Shown here: positions 36,154 through 45,099 of the stretch, piece by piece
How the letters are laid out: every line of letters starts with the position of its first letter
How positions within the stretch are numbered: the stretch's first letter is position 1
NCBI GenBank assembly: GCA_022571845.1
Contig: JACZXB010000004.1
Location: 101,578 to 165,577 of the forward strand
Source: Candidatus Zixiibacteriota bacterium
GTDB lineage: Bacteria > Zixibacteria > MSB-5A5 > GN15 > FEB-12
Direction: 5' to 3'
DNA: 64,000 nucleotides
The notes under the pieces: generated by a model
What the model saw: only the letters and a program-made list of their open reading frames with translations
Told to the model about the DNA's origin: nothing
The model's database searches: none
Program-made: the position numbers and the translations under genes

Positions 36154-37029
36154 ATGAATGGATTAAAAGTAACCATAATGATGCTCGGCCTGATGATTTT
36201 ATTCATGTGGGTGGGGTTTTTAGTCGGCGGCCAGACCGGCATGATAATGGCCTTTGTTCTGGCAGCCGTCATGAACTTTTTTTCTTACTGGTATTCTGCT
36301 AAGATGGTTTTAAAAATGTATAAGGCCCGCGAAGTTACAGAAACCGACCACCCCCGTTTATTCAGGACTGTCAGGCGTGTCGCAACTCAGGCCATGATTC
36401 CTGTCCCCAAAGTTTATATTGTGCCGAACAAAGCCCCCAACGCTTTTGCCACGGGTAGAAATCTTGAAAACGCTGCAGTAGCGGTCACCGAAGGACTTTT
36501 AGAACTTCTGAGCGATGACGAACTCGAAGGCGTCATCGGTCACGAGATTGCCCACATCATGAACAAAGATATGCTGATTGGCACGATTGCGGCGACATTT
36601 GCCGGAGCAGTCGGCATTTTGGCCTCGATAGCCAGATGGGGCGCAATTTTTGGCGGATTTGGACGCGGCAGCAACCGCGGCGGAGGGCTGGGACTTTTGG
36701 TAGCGGCAATTGTAGCGCCTATAGCAGCTATGCTGATTCAGATGGCAATATCCCGTCAGCGCGAATTTAAAGCTGACCGCATCGGCGGCAAGATAACGGC
36801 CAAACCGCTGGCGCTGGCCTCGGCTTTGAAAAAACTTCACAAAGCGCCGGTCGGATTAAACCTAGGGCAACGTCCAGCCACCGCACAAGCCACGGCTCAT
36901 CTTATGATTGCCAATCCGCTTTCCGGAAAAGGGATAGCTTCTCTTTTTTCAACCCATCCGCCGGTAGAAAAAAGAATCGCGCTTCTGGAAAAACAGGCCT
37001 ACCAATCAGACTACACTCCTGTATCTTAA
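36154..37029 (+). CDS. htpX: Zinc metalloprotease HtpX
   Basis: TM helices, the HEIAHI zinc motif, and the FSTHPPVEKRI C-terminal motif. Confidence 0.9.
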   Translation: MNGLKVTIMMLGLMILFMWVGFLVGGQTGMIMAFVLAAVMNFFSYWYSAKMVLKMYKAREVTETDHPRLFRTVRRVATQAMIPVPKVYIVPNKAPNAFATGRNLENAAVAVTEGLLELLSDDELEGVIGHEIAHIMNKDMLIGTIAATFAGAVGILASIARWGAIFGGFGRGSNRGGGLGLLVAAIVAPIAAMLIQMAISRQREFKADRIGGKITAKPLALASALKKLHKAPVGLNLGQRPATAQATAHLMIANPLSGKGIASLFSTHPPVEKRIALLEKQAYQSDYTPVS

Positions 37030-37042
37030 CTACTATTATCAT

Positions 37043-37702
37043 ATGATAAAAATTCTGACAGCGCCGCTTCGCTTAACGCGCTGGCTTTATGACTGGGTTT
37101 TAGGCTGGAGCCATTCGCGTTATAGCCTGCCTGCTCTGTTTTTGCTTTCAATGGCCGAGGCTTCGTTTTTTCCAATAGCGCCCGATGTTCTTTTGATCGC
37201 CTTGTGCTTAGGAGCCTATGTGAAATGGAAACGTTTCGCACTTGTCTGCTCGGTAGGTTCTATCGTTGGTGGTATTCTGGGCTATCTGATCGGGCAGTTT
37301 GCCTTTGATCTGATTGGCGAAAAATTTCTCGCCTTTACTGCCTCGATATCCGGGACTGAGCCGGAAGCACTCCTGGAACTGGCCCGCTACTGGTTTAAAG
37401 ATAAAGAAATGTTCGGTATGAAAGTCGGCCCCTGGGCAGTCGGCATCGCTGCATTCACGCCAATTCCTTACAAAGTCTTTACAATCTCGGCAGGCTTTTT
37501 TGATATGCCCTTTCTGCCGTTTGCATTGGCTTCAATCATAGGCCGCTCTTTAAGATTCTTTGTCGTAGCCGGTCTGGTTGGCTTATTGTATGAGAAATTC
37601 GGAGACAAAATTCAGGAATTCATCGACAAATATTTTAACTGGCTGGCACTGGCGTTTGTGGTTCTGTTAATCGGCGGATTTATGGCACTCAGGCTGCTTT
37701 GA
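37043..37702 (+). CDS. YqaA/DedA-superfamily membrane protein
   Basis: EASFFPIAPDVLLIAL and a multi-TM layout typical of COG1238/YqaA. Confidence 0.65.
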   Translation: MIKILTAPLRLTRWLYDWVLGWSHSRYSLPALFLLSMAEASFFPIAPDVLLIALCLGAYVKWKRFALVCSVGSIVGGILGYLIGQFAFDLIGEKFLAFTASISGTEPEALLELARYWFKDKEMFGMKVGPWAVGIAAFTPIPYKVFTISAGFFDMPFLPFALASIIGRSLRFFVVAGLVGLLYEKFGDKIQEFIDKYFNWLALAFVVLLIGGFMALRLL

Positions 37703-37766
37703 TAAATTATAAAAGGCAGCAATAAATCCGAATTGTAATCCCTTTATTACTTGTGTAAATTGAATC

Positions 37767-38690
37767 ATGGTTCAACTGAAAATTGACACGACCGTGTCCA
37801 GAAACAGGCTATTTTGGGCCATTCTATTTAATGCCCTGATAACTGCCGCAGAGTTTGTCGGTGGCTTTATCAGCGGGTCACTGGCTTTAATTGCGGACGC
37901 AGTTCATAACCTGGCCGACGTGGCCGCCCTGGGTTTAGCCTGGCTGGGTGTTAAAGGCGCCGAGAGGCCGGCCACCAAAAAATCAACCTATGGCTATCAA
38001 CGTATTGAGGTCATGACTGCTTTTATTTCAGCCGTGTCGCTGGTTGTGATAGCATTCTTTATTTTCGGAGAAGCGGTTGACAGATTTTTCAATCCGCAAC
38101 CGATCACTAGTCCCGCTATTTTCTTAACAGTTGCAGTAATAGGCCTTCTGGGTAATCTGCTTTCTATCTGGTTCTTGCATTCGGAAAAAGACAAATCGCT
38201 CAATTTGAAAGCCGCTTTTTTGCACATGTTCTACGATGCCCTGTCATCGGCGGCAGTTGTCATAGGCGGTGTCGTCATCATTATGACCGGCTGGTACATG
38301 CTGGACACTATTCTGGCATTTCTAATCGGTTTAATGATACTCTATTCGTCCTACTTAGTCATAAAAGAAGCTCTTCTGATTTTTATGGAATCCGTACCGG
38401 CCGGGATAGATTATGACGAGGTACTCGGTTCAATTTCCAATATGGCACTGGTAAAAGAAGTGCACGACCTTCACATCTGGTCACTCTCTTCAAGCGAAAC
38501 AGCTCTCTCCTGTCACCTCTACCTTAATCGCGATGATTATCTTGAGGGCTCTGTTCTCATCAGGCAAATAAATCAAATGCTCCGCAGCAAATTCAATATA
38601 GGCCACGGAACTTTCCAGCTGGAAATAGAAGGTCAGGGTTGTGCCAACCTGCATGACCACGGCAGCAAATTGGGTCAGAGCAGTATTTAA
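37767..38690 (+). CDS. Cation diffusion facilitator (CzcD/ZitB-like) metal efflux transporter
   Basis: Six TM helices. HNLADV and FLHMFYDALSS metal-site motifs. C-terminal cytoplasmic domain VHDLHIWSLSS. Confidence 0.85.
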   Translation: MVQLKIDTTVSRNRLFWAILFNALITAAEFVGGFISGSLALIADAVHNLADVAALGLAWLGVKGAERPATKKSTYGYQRIEVMTAFISAVSLVVIAFFIFGEAVDRFFNPQPITSPAIFLTVAVIGLLGNLLSIWFLHSEKDKSLNLKAAFLHMFYDALSSAAVVIGGVVIIMTGWYMLDTILAFLIGLMILYSSYLVIKEALLIFMESVPAGIDYDEVLGSISNMALVKEVHDLHIWSLSSSETALSCHLYLNRDDYLEGSVLIRQINQMLRSKFNIGHGTFQLEIEGQGCANLHDHGSKLGQSSI

Positions 38691-40048
38691 TGAGTAAAAT
38701 CGTGGAGCTAAAAATTATCGACCTGGCTTTCGACGGCAAAGCTGTGGCAAAAGCAGATAATGGCAAGATTGTTTTCTTAAACGGCGGTCTGACAGGTGAG
38801 ACTGTCAGAGCCAAAATAGTCCGCTCCAAACGCAGGTTCGATGAGGCTATCGTGCTGGAAATACTTGAAAAATCTGATGAGCGTATTGATGCTATCTGCC
38901 GTCACTTTGACCATTGCGGAGGCTGCAGCTGGCAGGATTTACGCTATCAAAAGCAGCTTGAAATCAAAAAAACGCACGTAGCGGGCTGTATCGAAAGAAT
39001 CGGCGGACTTGAGAACGTGATTGTAAGAGATACAGTTGGCTCAATTGAGCAGTTTGGCTACCGCAATAAGATGGAGTTTTCGTTTAACAGTCATCCCGAA
39101 TTTGGCTTCACATTGGGGCTTCACCGCCGGGGTCAGTATGCCGATATATTTGACTTAGAGGAATGCCATCTGCCATCTGAAAGATATGGCAGAATTGTCA
39201 GCTGGTTGCGAGAGTATGTCAAAGAAAAGGAAATTTCGGTTTATGATATTGATGAACACAAAGGCTTTATGCGATTTCTAGTTATAAGAGACACAAAAAA
39301 CAGAGACGAACTGATGATAAACATTGTAACAAATAGCGGCGATTTTCCGTCTCAAGAAGAGTTGACTGATAAGATGACAAATGCTTTTCCGGAAATAACG
39401 ACTATCGTGCATAACGAAAACGGACAAAAAGCAAATATCGCAGTAGGTGATAAAGAGACTGTGCTTTATGGTAACGGCTTTATAACAGAAGAACTTATGG
39501 GACATTCGTTTAAGATCAGTTCCAATTCATTTTTCCAGACGAATACTTTGCAGGCCGAAAAACTGTACCAGATTGCATTCGATATGCTCAAACTGAACGG
39601 AACTGAAAAAGTCCTCGATTTATACTGCGGCACCGGGGCGATATCTATCTGTGTGGCTCCGAAAGTTGCCGAAGTTACCGGGGTGGAATTAGTCGCTGAT
39701 GCTATCACGGCAGCCAAAGAAAATGCCGATATAAATGAGTGCGCGAATGTCGTATTTATTTTGAGTGATACCAAAGATTTTTTGAGAAATAATGATACAG
39801 AATTCGATGTGGTCATAACTGACCCGCCCAGAGCCGGCATGCACCCTAAAGCGCTTAAACAGATGATTAGCTTGTTGTCTGAAAAGATTTTGTATATCTC
39901 CTGCAACCCCTCAACTTTTGCCCGGGATGCCCGGGAAATTGTTGATGCCGGTTACGAACTGCCCGAAGTGCAGCCGGTCGATATGTTTCCTCACACCAGA
40001 CATATTGAAATAGCGGCGCTGTTTGTCAAACAGGAACTTTTAGCTTAG
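38690..40048 (+). CDS. rlmD: 23S rRNA (uracil-5-)-methyltransferase RlmD/RumA family
   Basis: TRAM domain at the N-terminus. Fe-S cysteines CRHFDHCGGCSWQ. SAM motif DLYCGTGAI. DPPRAG. Catalytic ISCNP. Confidence 0.85.
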   Translation: MSKIVELKIIDLAFDGKAVAKADNGKIVFLNGGLTGETVRAKIVRSKRRFDEAIVLEILEKSDERIDAICRHFDHCGGCSWQDLRYQKQLEIKKTHVAGCIERIGGLENVIVRDTVGSIEQFGYRNKMEFSFNSHPEFGFTLGLHRRGQYADIFDLEECHLPSERYGRIVSWLREYVKEKEISVYDIDEHKGFMRFLVIRDTKNRDELMINIVTNSGDFPSQEELTDKMTNAFPEITTIVHNENGQKANIAVGDKETVLYGNGFITEELMGHSFKISSNSFFQTNTLQAEKLYQIAFDMLKLNGTEKVLDLYCGTGAISICVAPKVAEVTGVELVADAITAAKENADINECANVVFILSDTKDFLRNNDTEFDVVITDPPRAGMHPKALKQMISLLSEKILYISCNPSTFARDAREIVDAGYELPEVQPVDMFPHTRHIEIAALFVKQELLA

Positions 40049-40065
40049 ATAGTAGTTAATAAAAC

Positions 40066-41802
40066 ATGCTTCATGGAGGAAGAATGATAAAGACGTTGAA
40101 TGTTAAACTTGTAGTATTCTATATTTTCTTAATACTGTTGACGCCCGCATTTTCACTTGCAGATGCTTTTCAAGTATTATCCAATCAGATAACAGAAGAG
40201 TTACAAAAGTTTTACCCGGTTCGCTCAACCGAGATGGGCATTCACTCCTACGACCATCGATTTACAGACTACTCCTCATCGTCGGTTAAAAAAATGATTA
40301 ACAAGCTAAATCGTTTTGAAAAAAAGCTCTACAAATACCGCGGCGCAAAGCTGTCTGCCCATAACAAAATTAATTACAAACTTCTCAAGTCAAATGTTGA
40401 TGTAGCTCTGCAGGATTTAAAGAAAATCCGATGGCATAAAAAGTCACCGCAGCTTTATGTTGATGAAGCGGTCAATGGTCTTTATTTTCTAGTTCTTTCA
40501 CCACACGCTCCTATGTCTGAAAAAATCGCAACCATACTGGTCCGCATGCGGGCAGTGCCTAAACTTTTTGCAACGGCCAGAAAGAACTTGAAAAAACCGC
40601 CGCAACTTTATATCGATGCCGCTATAAAATCCCTTGAAGACGGCATTAGTTTTTACAAAGATGTTGCTGCTGATATTTCTAAACAGCATCCCGAACGAGC
40701 CGATCAGCTGATGAAATTCTCTACCCAGGCACGCGAAGCGATGAACGATTTTGTCAACTTCCTGTCGACTATGACACCGGGTAAAGACAAATCATTTGCA
40801 ATCGGTAAAAATAATTTTGACTATAAATTGAAAAATGAATATTTCCTGGATTATGATTCCGATTCACTGCTGAAAATCGGCCAGACGCTTCTTAAACAAG
40901 CTCAGGATGATTACCGGAAGTATGCCGGCTATGTTGAGTCAAACCACCAGTCTGGCAATAACCCGGTTTTTGTACCGGCTACATTTGCCAGCTCCGATAT
41001 TTTGGATTACTACAACTGGGAGACGAATCAGGTAAAGCTGTTCTGCGAAGAAAACGAAATTGTTTCAGTACCCGAAGATATCGGTCAGGTAACAGTTCTT
41101 GAAACACCCGCTTTTCTTCGGTCCATGCATGCCGGTATCTCATATCAGCCGGCCGGGCCTTTTGACACGGTGCAGCACGGATTTTTTTATGTCCGACCAA
41201 TTCCAAATATAGATGACCCCGGATTTTTGTCCGGTCGCTACCACTATGTTCACCGCCGGGGATTTAAGGGTTCGGTTGTACACGAAGCCTTCCCCGGACA
41301 TCATCTGCAGCTTCAGCTGGCCAAGATGAACGATGACCCATTGCGTAAGTCGCAGTTTAATATCATGATGATCGAAGGCTGGGCTTTATACTGTGAACAA
41401 ATGATGTATGAAGAAGGACTCTTCGGCAAAGAAAATGCCGCTCAATGGCTGGCGGTACTGGGTGGTATAAGATTCAGAGCTGCCCGTATTGTTGCCGATA
41501 TTAGCTTACATACCGGCCGGATGTCCTATGATGAATGTGTAGACTGGATGATTGATGTACTGGAGCTTGAGACTGAATCGGAAAAGAAATACATCCAAAC
41601 TGAAGTTCGGCGATATACCGTTTCACCTACCTATCAGATGTCGTACCTGATGGGTAAGCAGGAAATAATGAAACTTCGCCAGGCCATGATGAAAAAAGAA
41701 GGTGATAACTTTTCACTGCGCAAATTTCATGATGCTTTGCTGGCGGAGGGTTCTATCGCTCCGGCATTGATGTGGCAGGTCCTGGGCTTAAAGAAACCTT
41801 GA
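40066..41802 (+). CDS. DUF885-family secreted protein (metallopeptidase-like)
   Basis: Signal peptide. HEAFPGHHLQ motif and length are typical of DUF885. Confidence 0.7.
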   Translation: MLHGGRMIKTLNVKLVVFYIFLILLTPAFSLADAFQVLSNQITEELQKFYPVRSTEMGIHSYDHRFTDYSSSSVKKMINKLNRFEKKLYKYRGAKLSAHNKINYKLLKSNVDVALQDLKKIRWHKKSPQLYVDEAVNGLYFLVLSPHAPMSEKIATILVRMRAVPKLFATARKNLKKPPQLYIDAAIKSLEDGISFYKDVAADISKQHPERADQLMKFSTQAREAMNDFVNFLSTMTPGKDKSFAIGKNNFDYKLKNEYFLDYDSDSLLKIGQTLLKQAQDDYRKYAGYVESNHQSGNNPVFVPATFASSDILDYYNWETNQVKLFCEENEIVSVPEDIGQVTVLETPAFLRSMHAGISYQPAGPFDTVQHGFFYVRPIPNIDDPGFLSGRYHYVHRRGFKGSVVHEAFPGHHLQLQLAKMNDDPLRKSQFNIMMIEGWALYCEQMMYEEGLFGKENAAQWLAVLGGIRFRAARIVADISLHTGRMSYDECVDWMIDVLELETESEKKYIQTEVRRYTVSPTYQMSYLMGKQEIMKLRQAMMKKEGDNFSLRKFHDALLAEGSIAPALMWQVLGLKKP

Positions 41803-41816
41803 TGTATATTTTGTAG

Positions 41817-41849
41817 GTCAGGACCTCGTGTACTCATGATGGTCCTGAC
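41817..41849 (+). terminator. Hairpin after the DUF885 gene (GTCAGGACC-15 nt-GGTCCTGAC)
   Basis: 9-bp GC-rich stem with no U-run. The motif GTAGGTCAG(G/A)ACC recurs at about 42531. Confidence 0.35.
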
Positions 41850-41873
41850 AAGTTAGCAGGTGTAATTTAGAAA

Positions 41874-42515
41874 ATGTCAAATTTCGTTATTATTTTATCA
41901 GCAGCATTTTTCATGCTCGCTATTGCTACTCTGATTCGCCTGAGAGTAAAGCTTGACCTCTACCCCAATGTCAAGACACTTTTTGCAGGCTTAGGCCGAA
42001 CCGGTATCAGAATTGATATTACCGGTAAGACCCGTGCGTTCGTATTTGCAGGACGGACTATCAAAACATTTTCGACCGATGATATTGCAAAAAAATCAGT
42101 TGAAAAAACAGCCAAGATATCCAAAAAAGTAAAACCGAAAAGGCAGCGTCCTTTGAAAAAAATTCTGGCGGTTGTTCCTACAACACTAAAGGCACTCTCT
42201 AATTACACTTATTCTATATTGAAAAGTGCTGCCATTGAAGAGTTTGATGGTGAGATAAATGCCGGTTTCGGCCCGCCGCATATTACCGGCGCCGCTTTTG
42301 GCTTTTATCAGGCAACTCTGGCCGGAATACCAGGAATTGCCGGACGGTTTAAGTATATCCCCGACTGGAACGGCTTGTCTTTTCAAGGGCAGCTCAGATT
42401 GAGCGTCTCAATCCCTCTTTACAGGCTGCTTTTTAAGACTATGCTGATGCTCTGGCAGCTCCCCTTAAGAGAGTTGCTGAAATTGGCGATAGGAACAAAG
42501 AAGGCTCAATCTTGA
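41874..42515 (+). CDS. Membrane-anchored hypothetical protein, possibly YtfI/DUF2953-like
   Basis: N-terminal TM. It sits immediately upstream of a GerW/YtfJ homolog, as ytfI does in Firmicutes. The family assignment was not verified. Confidence 0.35.
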   Translation: MSNFVIILSAAFFMLAIATLIRLRVKLDLYPNVKTLFAGLGRTGIRIDITGKTRAFVFAGRTIKTFSTDDIAKKSVEKTAKISKKVKPKRQRPLKKILAVVPTTLKALSNYTYSILKSAAIEEFDGEINAGFGPPHITGAAFGFYQATLAGIPGIAGRFKYIPDWNGLSFQGQLRLSVSIPLYRLLFKTMLMLWQLPLRELLKLAIGTKKAQS

Positions 42516-42628
42516 GAACGAATTTCTTGAGTAGGTCAGAACCAGAAATCCTTCGACTCCCTCAAGTACGTGGGACTATGTCCGCTCAGGATGACGGTTT
42601 TGACATATAGAGCCGAAAGGAAAATAGG

Positions 42629-43042
42629 ATGGCTGAAAAAACAAATAACGTAGTAGAAATTCTCAAGGCAGTTGTCGGAGAACTCAAAGATATTTCCCGC
42701 TCGGAAACAATTATCGGTGAGCCGGTTACTATCGGCAGCCGGACAGTTATACCGATTATGAAAATATCGGTCGGTTTTGGCGCCGGCGGCGGACAGGGTG
42801 AAGGTAACAAAATCGGCGAAGGTTTTGGCGGCGGCGGTGGAGGCGGCGCCAGAATCGAGCCGGCAGCTTTTATTATAATGGACGACGACGGCGTCTCGCT
42901 GTTACCGGCCACCAAAGGCTCCTGGGAATCTCTGATAGACGCTATCCCCGGCATCGCCAGTAAGATTTCCAAAGTAGCTAAGAAGTTTAGTTCGAAGAAG
43001 AAAGATTCAGATTCAGATTCCAGCGATTCAGAAGACGCTTAA
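42629..43042 (+). CDS. GerW/YtfJ-family protein with a Gly-rich loop and an acidic Ser/Asp tail
   Basis: ETIIGEPVTIGSRTVIPIMKISVGFGAGGG...GGGGGGGARIEPAAFIIM is the characteristic YtfJ/GerW pattern. Confidence 0.8.
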   Translation: MAEKTNNVVEILKAVVGELKDISRSETIIGEPVTIGSRTVIPIMKISVGFGAGGGQGEGNKIGEGFGGGGGGGARIEPAAFIIMDDDGVSLLPATKGSWESLIDAIPGIASKISKVAKKFSSKKKDSDSDSSDSEDA

Positions 43043-43058
43043 GTTTATCATGTAGACT

Positions 43059-43086
43059 GGAACCCACCTAAAAGGTGGGCCACCGG
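43059..43086 (+). repeat. Family-A REP-like hairpin, copy 1 (GGAACCCACC-TAAAA-GGTGGGCCACCG); probably also the gerW-like gene's terminator
   Basis: CCCACC/GGTGGG stem. ATTTTTTG follows 8 nt later. Confidence 0.65.
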
Positions 43087-43096
43087 GCCATTTTTT

Positions 43097-43150
43097 GTCA
43101 TTCCCGCTCCCTTTGTCTTTCCAGCGAAGGCTGGAATCCATCTTTTCCTT
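43097..43150 (+). repeat. Family-B REP-like element, copy 2 (GTCATTCCCG...TTTCCAGCGAAGGCTGGAATCCATCTTTTCC)
   Basis: CCAGC-GAA-GGCTGG hairpin. It matches copy 1 at 14641-14740, and copy 3 at 44299-44370 in inverted orientation. Confidence 0.75.
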
Positions 43151-43201
43151 GCATCTTACTTTGTTTCACCGCATTACAGCATAACCGCTACTGTCTATAA
43201 A

Positions 43202-43284
43202 TGGGTTCGTTTTGTCATATTTAACATCCTTTTTAAAGTTACTCCCGACTGAGGGACTTCAATTGGGTTCGTTTTGTCATATTT
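43202..43284 (+). repeat. Exact 21-bp direct repeat TGGGTTCGTTTTGTCATATTT, two copies 62 bp apart
   Basis: Copies at 43202-43222 and 43264-43284. Degenerate GTTTTGTAA-like copies follow at about 43370-43415. Confidence 0.85.
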
Positions 43285-43450
43285 TACTTTTCGGATAATA
43301 GGTCTTGTAGTGAATTTGTATTCGATGTCTGTTGTCACATTGTCCACAATTCATGTTTATAGGGTGTTGCGTTTTGTAATAGGGTTGGAAGGAGTATTTT
43401 GTAACGATTTATGAGCTAATTTGGGATTGGGTATGAGCAGTCCATTCACA

Positions 43451-43503
43451 GGAACCCACCTAAAAGGCGACGTCCCGAGTGTAGCCGAGGGGTGGGCCAC
43501 CGC
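43451..43503 (+). repeat. Family-A REP-like element, copy 2, with a 23-nt insert splitting the hairpin
   Basis: GGAACCCACCTAAAAGG-[cgacgtcccgagtgtagccgagg]-GGTGGGCCACCG. Confidence 0.7.
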
Positions 43504-43518
43504 GAGCCTGACAGGCCC

Positions 43519-44208
43519 CTAATCGCCTTGGTTCCTCACTGCGCCTTGATCAGAAAGAAATTTTGCCACCTCGTCATTGCTCACAGATAGAGCATCATCG
43601 AGTGGTGTATCTCCTGAGCTATCTATCGCATTAATGCTTGCGCCTCTTTCGATTAAGTATTTTACAACATTTAATTGACCTCCAACGGCGGCAGCGTGAA
43701 GTGCGGTTGTTCCATCTTCGGGATCACTAGCGTTGACAAGAACTCCGCGCGTTATAAGTTCTTCCACAGTAGTGAGGTCTCCTGTTGCAGCAGCGTTGGC
43801 AAGAAAATCGACTGCATAGGGCCCACGTGAAACACGATCAATAGACAGACGAAGCCAAAAGCCTTGAGGAATAAATGAAACTAAAAAAATCAGACCAGCT
43901 AGGCATAACGAAATCCAGTTCATTAACGAAATTCTTTTCTTACGAATCAGGGCAACAATTGTTACGCCCAAAGCAGCGATTAGCCAAACCAGTAGTATGA
44001 ATGGCATTAAAATTAAGAAAGCATAATCGCCGTGAAGGAGTGAGAAACCAATCATCTGAGGCCCTTGTTCCCAAGTCAAGATAGTTTGCTCCCAAATTAA
44101 GCGCCCTTCAAGTGCGGCCGTTCCGATCCATACCAACAGGCCAATAACAGAAAACCAGATTGGAAATTTCGACATCTGGTCTCTCTTTATAACTTCGCTC
44201 ATAGTCAT
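43519..44208 (-). CDS. Membrane protein with 4 N-terminal TM helices and C-terminal ankyrin repeats
   Basis: ANK consensus in GTTALHAAAVGGQLNVVKYLIERGASINAIDSSGDTPLDDA. The N-terminal half is hydrophobic. Confidence 0.8.
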   Translation of the reverse strand: MTMSEVIKRDQMSKFPIWFSVIGLLVWIGTAALEGRLIWEQTILTWEQGPQMIGFSLLHGDYAFLILMPFILLVWLIAALGVTIVALIRKKRISLMNWISLCLAGLIFLVSFIPQGFWLRLSIDRVSRGPYAVDFLANAAATGDLTTVEELITRGVLVNASDPEDGTTALHAAAVGGQLNVVKYLIERGASINAIDSSGDTPLDDALSVSNDEVAKFLSDQGAVRNQGD

Positions 44209-44298
44209 AATCTTAGATAGAATCCGTTCTCCAACTTACTCCTGCCTCATTAGTTGTCAAGGGAGATTATTGGTTCTCAGTTTTAGCCCAAAATGACG

Positions 44299-44370
44299 GC
44301 AAGATGGATTCCAGCCTTCGCCCCTTAAAGGGACTAAAGCTGGAAAAACAGAAAAAAGTACGGGAATGAC
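44299..44370 (-). repeat. Family-B REP-like element, copy 3 (inverted relative to copy 2, with an 18-nt insert in the hairpin)
   Basis: The reverse complement reads GTCATTCCCGTACTTTTTTCTGTTTTTCCAGC-[tttagtccctttaagggg]-CGAAGGCTGGAATCCATCTT. Confidence 0.7.
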
Positions 44371-44472
44371 GAGGAAACGACCAAATTAGACCCAAGTCCC
44401 CCTATTTTCTCCCTTAATTAAACACTTGGCTAACAGGGACCTATGTGGTATTATTGGGGCTGAGTTGAAGTA

Positions 44473-44650
44473 AACCCACCATAAATGGTGGGGCACCCAG
44501 CAAGCAGTGGGCGACCCCTGTCATTGCCCAAATTGCGGGTGGACCTAGTGTCGAAACCATCCCGAGTACGTGAGGTTTCGACCTACTCGAAGAAATCTGA
44601 GATTGCCACGTCGTCCCGCCTGGACGGGACATCCTCGCAATGACGAGCTG
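44473..44650. repeat. Cluster of GC-rich REP-like hairpins, including family-A copy 3
   Basis: CCCACCA-TAAA-TGGTGGG (44476-44494). GTCGAAACC...GGTTTCGAC (44550-44582). GTCCCG-CCTGGA-CGGGAC (44613-44630). CTCG-CAATGA-CGAG. The overlapping 78-aa minus-strand ORF is probably spurious. Confidence 0.65.
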
Positions 44651-44797
44651 CATTTCCCAGATGGCAATTGGGCGCACAGCGGATTTGTCACCCTAAAGGG
44701 GGTGTGCAGATTTTGAACAGGCGGCCGATAATAATATCAGAGCCAGATTGGCTCTATATAAGGAGTAAGAAAATTGGATTTTCAATGGCCTCTTTTG

Positions 44798-45079
44798 ATG
44801 GCTAGCCCGGACGGCGGCGGAATGTTCACCATGATATGGTTTGGACTGATAATACTGCTGATGTATTTTCTGATGATTCACCCCCAGAGAAAAAAGCAAA
44901 AGGAACATAAGCTGCTTTTGGAACAGTTAAAAAAAGGCGATAAAGTGGTCACCACCGGCGGCATGTTCGGGACCATTTTCGCTATCGATAATAAAAATAG
45001 CAAAATTGTGATTCGTATTAACGAAAACACGAAATTAGAGTTTTTGAAATCGTCCATCGCCGCCAGAGTGGACGACTGA
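44798..45079 (+). CDS. yajC: Preprotein translocase subunit YajC
   Basis: Single TM followed by HPQRKKQKEHKLLLEQLKKGDKVVTTGGMFGTI, the YajC signature. The ATG at 44798 is preferred over the TTG at 44774. Confidence 0.85.
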   Translation: MASPDGGGMFTMIWFGLIILLMYFLMIHPQRKKQKEHKLLLEQLKKGDKVVTTGGMFGTIFAIDNKNSKIVIRINENTKLEFLKSSIAARVDD

Positions 45080-45099
45080 AAATTTATTAGGAGTTTTTT

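Noticed and set aside
42586-42972. A 128-aa minus-strand ORF with a poly-Pro run.
   Set aside because: It is antisense to the GerW/YtfJ gene. The Pro run is simply the complement of the poly-Gly codons.
43202-43420. A possible miniature CRISPR array, suggested by the repeated GTTTTGT-containing units.
   Set aside because: There are only two exact 21-bp copies, and the other copies are degenerate and irregularly spaced. No cas genes or leader are present, and the repeat is shorter than typical CRISPR repeats.
44441-44677. A 78-aa minus-strand ORF (…VIARMSRPGGTTWQSQ…).
   Set aside because: It consists of translated GC-rich palindromic REP-like hairpins. It has no RBS and no coding-like composition.
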